Shown: piece by piece, positions 1 to 14,404 of the stretch
How positions within the stretch are numbered: the first letter of the stretch is position 1
Layout: each line of letters begins with the position of its first letter
Assembly (NCBI GenBank): GCA_009914755.4
Contig: CP068257.2
Coordinates: 27,552,001-27,616,000, forward strand
Origin: the human T2T-CHM13v2.0 reference genome, Homo sapiens
Reading direction: 5' to 3'
Length of the DNA stretch: 64,000 bases
The notes under the pieces: generated by a model
What the model saw: the letters and a program-made list of their open reading frames with translations, nothing else
The model's database searches: none
Told to the model about the DNA's origin: nothing
Made by a program: the position numbers and the translations under genes

Positions 1-480
1 GCTGTCCTGGAAGCTGGCACAAGATGCTTTCAGTTACATGCTTGAAATGGTTAATTTTATGTATCAAGTTGACTGGGCCACAGGATGCCCAGATATTTGG
101 TCAACCAGTATTCTGCATATGTCTGTGAGAGTATTTTTGGATGCGAATAACGATTGAATCGGCAGACTGAAAAAAGCATATTTTCCATCCTAATGTGGGT
201 GGGCCTCATCCAATCTACTAAAGACCTGAAGAGAACAAAAGGTTGACCCTCCTACAAGTAAGAGAGAACTCCTCCTGCCTGACTGCCTTGACCCTGAGAC
301 ATGGGCTCTTTTTTGCCTTCAGTCTCAAACTAAAATATTGGTCTCTTCCTGGATCTTGAGCCTGCCAGCCTTTGGATTGGAACTACACCATGGCTCTTCT
401 GGGCCTCCTGCTTGCTGGCTGCAGATTTTGGTACCTGTCAGCCTTCATAATCTCATGAGTCAATTCCTTATTGTATATTG

Positions 481-481
481 A

Positions 482-537
<56 letters not shown>
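481..537. repeat. (TATC)n / (GATA)n tetranucleotide microsatellite, about 14 uninterrupted units
   Basis: A perfect 'atct' tandem run is read directly at 483-537. Confidence 0.95.
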
Positions 538-963
538 ATTGATAACCTCTCTATCTATTGGTTCTGTTTCTCTGGACAATGCTGACTAATACAATCCTAT
601 TGTCTGGAACTTAGTATGCAAGAAAGAGAGTGAGTATATGGGGTGAAATGTATAGGAGTGGAGCTAAAAGACTTTGCTGCAGGAGAGGAGTTCAAGTCAT
701 TGAGGGCAGTTATGAGTCAGCAATAATGTTGGTGCAGTATTTTATTTCAGGAGTCAATTAAAAGTATTGTCATTTTAGCAGTTTATGTCTTCCATTTATC
801 AAATTGAGTATAGTGCCTTCCTCTGTCCTACCAGATGAAAGTTTATGAAAGATACTAATCATTTCCAAATTCCTTCATTTTTACTATCTATCCAGATTAT
901 TTTAAATACAGTATCTCTATAAATAGCACTTTGTCCATTGATATATGTTTGTGTTTACATGAT

Positions 964-985
964 TGTGTGTGTGTGTGTGTGTGTG
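964..985. repeat. (TG)n dinucleotide microsatellite, about 11 units
   Basis: Read directly: 'tgtgtgtgtgtgtgtgtgtgtg' before 'cacgtgc'. Confidence 0.9.
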
Positions 986-2249
986 CACGTGCAAAACATG
1001 GAAATAGGATATTTGGTCTACCTTAATCCCTGGAATGGAAGTAATGGTGATTACTTTTGTATAGCAAGTAATAAACTCCCAAATGGTTGGCATTTCCTTT
1101 TTCTTATACTAGACAGAGTCAAAGGTGAAGGATGATAAAGAAAAGTTTTGACAATAGTGCCAAATTACCTTCCTCAGTTCCTAGATTGGGGATTTTCAAT
1201 CTAGGGGCAGATGTCACTATAATATAAGAGGTCTAGTCCTTGATTTCAGAAGCAGCTATCCAAGCTCTTATAAGAACTGATGATAGGAACTTGTCTCTCT
1301 TCTCAAGTTCTGTACAACAACCACTTATCCATAGCTCTTGATGGTTACTGCTCAGCCATTTCTTGCCAGCTGTTCTTTCCATGTGCAGGGAGAGCACGGG
1401 AGTATGGAGCCTCAGTTTGGTTTGCTATTGTCAGGACATCAAACTAATCATTAGGTAGAAAGTTGAATAAACATTTACTTTTGACTTTTAAATGCTTACT
1501 TCAGAAAGTTTTACTTAGCGGCAAGACCAACTACATAATTTGCGGGGCCCAGTGCAGTGTGAAAATTTGGGGTCCATTTTTGCAAAAAATATTAAGAATC
1601 TCAAGATAGTGACAGAGCTTTAAGGCCAATTCAGGCTCCTCCTGCGTGCAGGACTCTGTGTAACTACACAGGTAGCACAGCTAGGATGCAGACGCTGCTC
1701 AATGTTATACATTTAGTACTTTGATGTCCCTGAATTCCTTACAAAACTCTTACTTCCTCCCCTCCCCACCCAAGTCCCCAGCTCTTCTGTTTTTTTCCAA
1801 AACTTTACTTGTGTACAACACTATGAAACATGACAGGGTCTGATGAGAAAGTATTAATTGGCTTTAACCTAGTTTTTTTTCATTTTTATTTCTGAATATC
1901 AGCACTCATAGCCCTTTTCCCTATTTTCTGACTTACCCTAATACAACTCCATATCGTACAAAGCTTCATAGTCCTGTATATGCATGTGGTGAACATTTGT
2001 GTGGCTATTTGCAGCTGATGGATTAGTATCCATAAGTTGAGAGGATTCTTCAAAGGTCCTGAGATTGAATATGAAAAAATGACCTGTAAGAATTAAGTCA
2101 TCCACATGTAGCACAGATGGACGAATTACCAAGGGAGATGGCATATATCTGGATCACAAAAGACTTATAAGGCAAATTAAAGGCATGTATTCTCATCAAA
2201 GTAACCTCTGATTGCTTTATTTCCTGGAATACTCTATTATCGGTGTCAG

Positions 2250-2715
2250 GGTTCTCCAGAGAAACAAAATCAATAGGATGTATATAAATTTCCTGTATGG
2301 AATATGGTTTGGTTATGTAGGAAGTGCAGAAGGATGAGTGAGTGGAATTACATGTGAGGAATTGGCTCCCATGATTATGAAAGTGGGCAAGTTCAAAGAT
2401 CTGGAGGTGAGTCAGCAAGCTTGGCTAGAGACCCACTTGGCAGGCTCAAGACTGAGGAGGAGCTGATGTCCCAGTTTGAAGGTAGCCAGGCAGCAAGAAT
2501 TCTCTCTTACTTAGGGGACAGTAGTCTTTTTGTTTTATTCAGGCCTTCAAATGATTGGATGAGGCCTGCGCACACTGGAAAGGCCAATCTGTTTTATTTG
2601 GTCTGCCTGTTTAAATGCCAGTCTCACTCAACAACACTCCCAAGAAACACCCACAATAATGTTTGACCGAATACCTGGAGACCCCATGGCCCAGTCAAGT
2701 TGACACATGAAATTA
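2250..2715 (+). mobile_element. Ancient interspersed repeat, family not named ('gggttctccagagaaac...cccagtcaagttgacacat' type)
   Basis: Matches a very common mammalian repeat consensus recalled from memory, with a 5' 'cagggttctccagagaaacaa' and a 3' 'ggcccagtcaagttgacacatgaaatta'. The class is uncertain. Confidence 0.4.
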
Positions 2716-2984
2716 AGGTACCACAGATATCCTATTGTCACAAACTCTGTATAGCACTTAAAATTCCTGGTTTCATGCTTGGTACAGAAAGTTAGCTACT
2801 GTTCATCATTTGTTTAATTCTACACGTGGCCATAACTTAAGATTAATTATAACAAAGTTTAATTAGAACGAAAGATGTAATTAGATGTAAATTCTTGCAT
2901 CAAGTGGTTGCTTTGTGCTAGGCACAGGTTAGGACTGCAAAGATGACTACAAATGGCTGATTACTACAAAGGACATTGTAGTAA

Positions 2985-3464
<480 letters not shown>

Positions 3465-4137
3465 TAGGAAATGCAGAAGACTGAGTGAGTGGAATTACTC
3501 AAAAGTGGATCAGAAAGCAGTTATGGTCATAGACATCAGCCTCAGTGGGGCAACAGGAGTTGGAAGGAGTAAACTGAGGGAAAAAATCAGTAGAATACTG
3601 GATGGAGCAGACAGAGTGAGACTGAATGGGAGAAGGGTGAGGTGGGCTGAGACAGCTGGTCACATTCAGCTCTAAATTCTTGAAGAAGTAGTTTAGACTA
3701 CACCAAGGATGGGGGATAAAACCCAGCCTAGAGCTCAGAGAAGGTGGATGTGGCACGGGAAATAAGAATTGTCATTGTTGAATTCCTTGAGAAAAAAATG
3801 TGAAGAAGAGGCTTGAGGCCTCAAAGACATTGCATGCATGAGTCAGAACAAGCTTGAACTACAAGGAAGATTTGATTAATGAATCAAATATTAATGCCAC
3901 ATTTTCTCTTATTTCAAGTGTTTTTTTTTCCAACTATTATCTCTGTGTAGAATGTCTTCGCTCTCTGCCATCACCTTATTATTAATAACTCCTATTAACT
4001 CTTAGGTCTCAGCCTTGCTGTTACTTCCTCCCCAGAAGTCTCCTTTAACCCCTAAAGACTGGGCTTGGTGCTTTTCTCCTGTGTTCTCAAGTCACCCTAC
4101 TCTAGAACTATGTCACTGATTTAAATTGCTTTCTGGT

Positions 4138-4506
<369 letters not shown>

Positions 4507-6284
4507 CTATTTCTTGTTTAAAGTCGTATCCCCAGAAACTATAAGCTTAGTAGATATTTGCTATGTGAAAGAAGGAATGAAAGAATGAATGAGGACTTGA
4601 TTCCTGTACTCCCAACAACATTTAAGACACTGTGCTGAGTATTCAGTAAGGAAGCATCAGGAAGGGTGAGGTAGAGGTGGTAGTGAAACCAAAAAATTGA
4701 ACACTGTTCCTGGCTTCAGAGAACATGTAGTCTATTAACAATTGTGAATAATGGTGTAATACAAGACACATGACATAATACAGTACTACAACACAAGACA
4801 AGAGAATAGGATTGCCATATTTAGCAAATAAAAATACAGGATGCCCAGTTAAATTTGAATTTCAGGTAAGCAACAAATAGTATGTATATATCTCATGGAC
4901 TATTTGGGAGATACTAATACTAAAAATTATTCATTGCTTTTTAAAATTCAAATTTGATTGGATAGCCTATATTTTAGCAACCCTCAGTGAGAAGAACTGG
5001 AGCTGTAAGAGATTGCTTTTGTTTTTGTTTTTTCATTTTTTCAGGGATGGAATGGAGGTCTTGGAGAAAGGTAAATGATTTGGGAAATGTTTTCCGGAAA
5101 AGATAGGAACAGAGTTGAGTTGCAAAGATCACAAGACAAAATGTGAGGAGGTGCAGTTCTGGTAGAAGAAACCTCAGATGAAAAGGTGATACTGTGGCAG
5201 GATCAGAGACTGGCTGACATCTGGTTTGGCCAGAGTGTGAAAGGGTGTTGAGAAACCCAACTACAGGGTTGGGCAGGGCCTGGTGACTCCATATGTTCCA
5301 AAGCCTCAGTCTCCTGGGCACCCTGCCCCCTTCGCCTTGGCCACGTTTTGTGAACAAGCAGAACTAGATCTTGCTGCCTGGGCAAATGTTTCATCCTTAC
5401 CTAGTTAATTAGGCTTGAACATTAGTTTCTCTCTGGAAATAGTGAAGAAGAAACACCAGGAGCATTTTGCAAGGGTCATACATTGCTCAATGTTTGCATT
5501 TTTTCAAAAACACTGGTGTCAAAACAGCATGTCCAGCAAAGTTGAGGGAAAAGTGAAAACTAATGATGACTTATCAAAACAAGATGTGATGGTGTGGGAA
5601 ATGCTACTAACTTCTACAGCATTTGTAATTTTCGTCTTTCTCTTCTGTTATAACATATGTTTAGCATTATATAGTAAATATAGAATAAAACAGATACAAG
5701 TAGCTTATTTGTAATCTAAGAAGAGGGGGAAATGTTTAGATAATAAAGTTGGGCACCTACTGTGTTCCAGGTGGCAACATATGTTATTTCTCTTAATCTT
5801 CATAACAATACTATAATACTATGGTATATACTATGATGATTTTAATGTGCATCTTGCTGAATTTCACAATGTTTATTTGCTCATCTATGATCACTCAACT
5901 AGCAATTGGTTATTTTGAAATTCAAATCTGGTTTGACTTCAACATCTATATTGTTTCCATTTACCACACCTATAGATAGGTACTCACAGATAAACAATAA
6001 TTATGGTGCAGTTATGGCAGATACACTGTGGGAACAGACAGGAGGGAGCATTTAATTCTGTCTTGAGGACATCAAGGGTGGCTTTGGAAGGAGATGATGC
6101 TTGAGTGGTTATTGATGACAATGATCTCATTTTCTAATAAGGTTAATAACAGGCAATGCATGAAACATATTCACAAGTAAGATAAATATTAATAGTTTTA
6201 AAAACACATGTATTTCATCCTAATAAGCTCTCATTAGGTTTCTGTAACCTTTTATTAAATGTTCCACACTGATCACATTGATGA

Positions 6285-6638
<354 letters not shown>

Positions 6639-7280
6639 TAGTCATATTTATTAGATGGTCATTATTTATTAAATTAAATTAAATAATTAAATATTCATTA
6701 AATCATTAAAACCTTCAGCTACTTATATGATTATAGTTTGGTGCTGTTTTTGCAAAGACACTACACATTCACATAGAAATATGTCTAAAACTTTTTTATA
6801 ATTCTATAAACTACATGAATGGTTATACAGTTGAGTTGACTAAATTCCTCCCACATAATTATTTCAATTACATAAAATATTACTTACATAACTGGAATGG
6901 TATTATAGCTATAAAATACTCAAGTCTGTAGTTACATAAAATTAAATTCAGTAAAAAGAAAGGCCTAAAATTTTAGCAACATACTCTCTAGAGAAAAGCT
7001 GCTAAACAGTTGTGTTTCTATAAGTTTTAAAATACAATTGTAAAAATAAAAACTAAAAACAAAATTTTTCAAAATTTTGCTTTCTCAAAAGACATTAGCC
7101 AAATTTTAATAAAAACATTGAAGAGTTTGTTTTGCATACACTCCGATGAGATGAACTAATATTATCATCCCCTTTTAAACCAAATTTTGTTTGCAAATCT
7201 TCTCTCCAAGAAGCCCCCTAAACAGATCTTACTTTCCTTTTGGTAATGCTTACTTATGATCTGTTGGCAACTTATTCGTA

Positions 7281-7830
7281 TTGTTACAGGTAGTTAGATA
7301 GGCATGAGTGGGGCAGGAGAGCGCTCTTCCCCCACCCACTAGGAATGTCCGGGGATGGTTTGACAATTATCACACTGCCTCTCTAGCAATGATAATTCAG
7401 CAGCCTGTGCCAGGGAGAGACAATCTCCTGATGATCCACAGCTGTTAACATTAAAGTGTTAATTGAATGCAGATGCCAGGGAAAGCAGCCTCCTGGGCAT
7501 GTACCGTAAGAGACAAGTTGGCGGAGTATGACCTTTTGGGGACACTCCATCGGAAAAAAGGGAAGGAAGGATCAGACGCGGCTGTATACAACTTCTTAAA
7601 CTCACTGTGTGCTCAATTCCCAGAAGTAAGGAGGGCACTGCGCATGCGGGAAGCCCACCCTAAGGGAGGGATTATGGGAAAGAGGCAAGCCTGTAAAGCC
7701 CGAGGATCAAGGTTAAACGCTCTCTTTTTGACCTTCAGGCACCCTCTTGGGTCTTTTACAAGTGAACTTTCTTTCCTGTTTTAAAGCCTTTTAAATAAAC
7801 TTCCACTCCTGTGCTGAAACTTGCCTTAGT
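7281..7830 (+). mobile_element. Putative solo LTR-like element (family unknown)
   Basis: About 550 bp of non-Alu, non-L1 sequence ending 'ttttaaataaacttccactcctgtgctgaaacttgcc'. This resembles an LTR R region with an AATAAA signal at about 7792-7797. It retains several CpGs. The assignment is tentative. Confidence 0.3.
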
Positions 7831-7977
7831 CTTTTTTTCTGCTTTATGCCCCTCAGTCGAATTCTTTCATCTGAGGAGGCAAGAATTGAAGTTGCTGCAG
7901 ACGCCTGTGGATTCACCACAAGTACATTGGAGTAACCACTGGGAACAACAGGTTGCCTTAGAAGCTTTGCAGGTTGT

Positions 7978-8304
<327 letters not shown>

Positions 8305-11169
8305 TTGCAAGTTGTTTTTTGTTGAACAGAAGAAGCTATTCAAAAATGTCCAGGACTCTGTTATTTATTCAGCAAGCTTACAAAGCCATCTTTGATTGAC
8401 TGATTCTTTGACAATGACTATCTGGATGACACAGGAAGGATGCAATTCTGGCCTTGGAGAGAAAACTTGCAAGGAAAGGAACATGTTTGAATTTCAGATG
8501 TGTTCCTCAATGAATCACGTAAGTTTGCTGTTTATATTCATTAAAGAATACGTTTTAAATGAGGATAAAATTACAACTTTCATACAATATAAAATAAATG
8601 TGTCGGATTTAACTCAGGAATTAATAAGGTGATAAATAGATGTTGCAAGGAGTTCAAAAGAGAACCACACATTTATGGTTAAATAAGGAATGTGAAATGA
8701 ATTTACAAACAAATGCAAAACTGGCAAAACTGGTCAATATCCACACAAACCCAGTTTGCATTTTCATGGACAGAGATTATTTGCATTCCAATCAATTTTC
8801 TCCAAGGTAACTTCTGTGTCTAAAGAGTTGTGAAATAGCCCAATCAGAGGCAAACAAAGGCACAGATAACCCAGACGGATGAGCTAGACAAAGCATTTCA
8901 CCTTTTTTCTCTACGTATTCTTTCTTTACCAGGGTGATTTTGGTGCATCTGACACCTTTTCAATGATTAATAAATCAAGATCCAGAAATTAGTGAATAAA
9001 ATTAAGTATTGGGGGCTGTAGGGGGAAAACATTTCTCTCTACTCTGCATATCTTTTAGCTGGGGCAGACCGCCGCAACAAAAGACTGATTAACGAGGGAA
9101 AAAAGGACGTTTCATAACGTGTATCTTCTGTATACCTGGGAGAAACTTAGAGAAATGAGCAAATCTCAAAGACATGGCTTTGAATTCAGGCTTAAATCCT
9201 ATCTTCCACTGAAACAAAGACAGAAGGGTGAGGGGAAGGCCAGTTATGGTGAGACGCCCAGGAAAACACAGTAAGCAAAGGTCAAGTTTGTTATGCAGAT
9301 CTAAGTTGGTGCCTTCTCCACTGAGTCTCTAATGATTTAGTCATCCTTCTCATCCTGGTACAGAGAGGAAGACACTTACAAATGGAGATTTCCTTTACAG
9401 ATATACATTTTTCTTACAAAAGGGTAACTTTTACTCTGTTTTCAGAGCTTCTCCTGTGTCTGCAATTTCTCAAAATACCTCAAAATAATCCTTATGCCAA
9501 ACAGGCATATTTTCATCTCCTACAGGTCAAAGATATTCACATTCAAGAGTTTGGGAATGAAATTCATTTTGGATAATAATATAAAAATCAAGGTTTCTTT
9601 TGAGGGCATGGCGTTAACTAATTACAATTTGACACAAAAATGGAACTGTCATTCTATTTTCTGTACATGGTCCATGAAATACAACATGAGAATTTGGAAT
9701 GATTTGGGTCAGTTATCCAACTACCAGCAATCTCCTTGTAACTCACAGATCCCCCTCTATAATAATCACAATGATAATAACAGCAATAATAATAAAAACT
9801 ATGACACCTGAGTCTTATTGATCCCTTAACAGGTGCCAGACGCCGTGCTAGGTGTTTTAGCTATAATTTCTTAAATTGAATTTCCATAATAGCATATACA
9901 GTGGATGTAATTATGCTAATTTGTGAAATAGCAGTTCATGCCTTCCTTCCTCTCAGCCCCTCTTTTCAATAAAGTAAAAAAAATTTAAGCAAACAAGTTT
10001 CATTGAATGATCTCGATTATAGTATTTCAAAAGCGTGGTTCAGGGAACTAAACAGCCATCCTTCTTTGGCTATGGTTTCCTCAACAACTTGGCTTCTTTC
10101 CCCTCAGTTTGAAAAGTTATATATAACTTTATGTAATCACTGATGTTTAATTTCTGTGAAATGCTTTAAAAAGCTCACAAGATATAAAACTCTCATTTAT
10201 TCCCCTTTTTATAAGTGGAAAGACTTGAAGAGGACTTGAGTCCTTTGCTTTTACAGAGTTAGGGTCTAGAGCTGTTGACTTCTAGCCATTCAGAGAGAAA
10301 ACATCTGAAAGAGTTATGCAGTGAAATCACAAAGCAAACATTGTTTGGGGAACTAAGATAGTATCTAGACTACACACACTGAAAAGCGAATTTATGTCCA
10401 CACTTATTTTCTTCTTTGCACTCCTCTCTCTCCTTTCTTCTTCGTCTCTGTTCTCTTTATCCACTTCATATGCTGCAAGAGACATTTAGTACCTGACTAC
10501 ACAAAAAGAAATGTGCTGAGTTTGACTTTCTTTTTTGCATACACTAGGGAACTAATTTTAGCGTATGTTGCATTCTTTTATAAATGACTTTTTTTTGGCT
10601 GTCTTAGAGTTCTAAACTCTCGCTATCGTGCTGTGCATTTTTATTTCCCTGCTTTGCACTGTGGCAGAAAGAAAGCAAAAAGCCATCACTACACTAGGGG
10701 CGCCCTCTAAATAAAGACGGCTTTCCCCAGGTCTGACTGTGACTTTCCCCCACCCCACTAATGGAAAGGGTTAGAAAAAGGAAGTAGCATGAGTCACTGC
10801 TATTGCCACACCCTCAGGAAAACCCCTGCTCCATCTTCCTCTTGTGCTACGATGACTCTTTCTAGCCAAGGTCCTGGGTCACAGGAGCAAAGTTTTCAAA
10901 ACATACTCATGAGTTTCTGGAGGAATGCAGTGTCGAACTGATTGACAACAACAAGAATCAAAACAAGGTTAGATACCAAAAAATAAAAATAAAAAATTAT
11001 TTGACTGAAAAATAGAAGAATGGGTCTGATCCAAACATTCATTTATGAGCTGGTTGTTTGAAAGTGAAAACGTAGTTTCCATTTTTTACATATACATCCT
11101 CGATGATTGTTAGGACTGCTAGACTATCCACTCAAGGCTATCCTACACCCAAATGGCTGAGGTGCGTGT

Positions 11170-11860
11170 AATATTGTTTCTGTGGGGAAGGTTCAGTTGG
11201 CTTTCCTGTTTGGTTACCAGGGACATATTTTCCCATCCTTCACCACGGTTCTAACAGCTGGTGGGGTGATGTTCCTTTAGCCATTTGGCTGGGCAATGAG
11301 AATAGGACTTCTGGAGACAAAAATACTTGCCACAGAGATAAATCTGGGAAGGAAGAGGGGAAAACCCTGATTTCTGTTGTGGAGGAGAGAAGGTAATTTT
11401 GATATGGACAGAAGACAGGGAAATATTGGGTAGAAGAGGGTGGTTCCCCGGCAAAGTCCCAACCCTCAAGCCTTGAGACCCGTGGCCGTAAGTGGGAACA
11501 GGCATTATGTGCCCCAAAAGTTGCCTTTTGGCTCGCCATGCCCCTCCATCCTGTACCCATATAAACCCTGAACCCCAGGCTCCAGAAGCAGATGAGCAGA
11601 TGAGGAGACAAGCAGACAAACAGCGCAGCAGAGAAAGAGAGAAGAGAAGGAACATCTGAACGCTGAGAGGAGCTCAGCTGGGGGTGGTTGGAGGGGAGTT
11701 TGACTGCTGGATGGCCAAACTCCAGGGGAAGATCATCTTCCCACTCCATCCTCCTCCCAGCTCCCCATCCATCCTGCTGAGAGCCACCTCCATCACTCAG
11801 TAAAACCCCACATTCATCCTTCAAGCCCGTGGGTCACCTGATTCTTCTGGGATGCTGAGC
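11170..11860 (+). mobile_element. Putative endogenous-retrovirus LTR (ERV1-like; family unknown)
   Basis: A TATA-like 'tataaa' at 11560-11565 is followed by an R-like region and an 'agtaaaa' poly(A)-signal variant at about 11799-11805 ('cactcagtaaaaccccac'). The architecture is typical of an LTR, but I do not recognise a specific consensus. Confidence 0.35.
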
Positions 11861-12284
11861 AAGAGCTAGGGATACAGAAAGCTGCCATACTGGTCCTCTG
11901 CCCTTGCAAAAAGGGGCCGCAGGCACCCACCCCTAGATACGGGGCTGGAGCCCAAGGCACTTGCCCCAGCTCCTACACCTGTCAGTCTGTGTGTTTCCCC
12001 TCCCATCAGGGGTTTGAGCAATGGTGACAACTGAAGAGCAGTGGTGTCGACTGAACAGGCGAGCCATACCTCTGTTGCATGTCCTGCGAGAGGGATCAGG
12101 AAACTTTCCCGTTTCAATCTGGGGCAACTGCCTGGGTCATTTCTGTCACTAGGGATGGGAAAATAGAGGAGAGGCAGGAGAAAATGTGGGGCAGTGGGAA
12201 GTGATGGTCTTGGTGAGGAACAAAATGAAAAGTCATACCTTCTAGGAGAGTGAGGACTGGTTTGCTGTCCTCACTTGTAGGTGT

Positions 12285-13326
<1,042 letters not shown>

Positions 13327-13995
13327 GTCTGTAAACCAAAAATAAAATTCTAAGCCCTTCAACCATCTGAATGAACCACTCCTCTTGGCCAAGGGCATTC
13401 CAAAGTTAACCTGAAAAACTAGTTCAGGCCATGATGGGAAGGGAGGGTCAGAAGTGCCTCATTATATATCCTCTTCCCTTTTGGAATTCAGGAAAAGCCT
13501 TCCAGCACTAACATCAACACAGACCTTAAGTCTTACAAGAAACATTTACCATCTATTCTCTCTGAAGCCTCCTACCTGGAGGTTTCATCTGCATGATAAA
13601 ACTTTGGCCTCCACCATCACTTATCTTAACCTAGACATTCCATTCTATTAATTTCAGGTCTTTAGATAATAGCTTAACTCTTTCAACCAATTGCCAATCA
13701 GAAAATCTTTAAAATCTACCTATGAGCTGGAAGCCCAACTTCAAGTTGTCCTGCCTTTCTAGATCGAAACAATGTACATCTTACATGTATTGACTGATGT
13801 ATTATGTCTCCCTAAAATAGATAAAAGCAAGCTATACTCGACCACCTTGAGCACATGCCATCATGACCTCCTGAGGCTGTGTCACGGGTGCATCCTTAAC
13901 CTTGGCAAAATAAACTTTCTAAATTTATTGAGACCTGTCTCAGGTACCTTTGGATTCACAAATCTAAGAAACCATTGCCTAACCCAATGTCATGA

Positions 13996-14404
<409 letters not shown>

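Noticed and set aside
8396-8632. 78-aa ORF followed by a consensus-like splice donor 'cacGTAAGT' at about 8517, a possible exon.
   Set aside because: A single donor-like motif occurs by chance every few kb in AT-rich DNA. There is no matching upstream acceptor, polypyrimidine tract or coding-potential evidence. It would need RNA-seq support.
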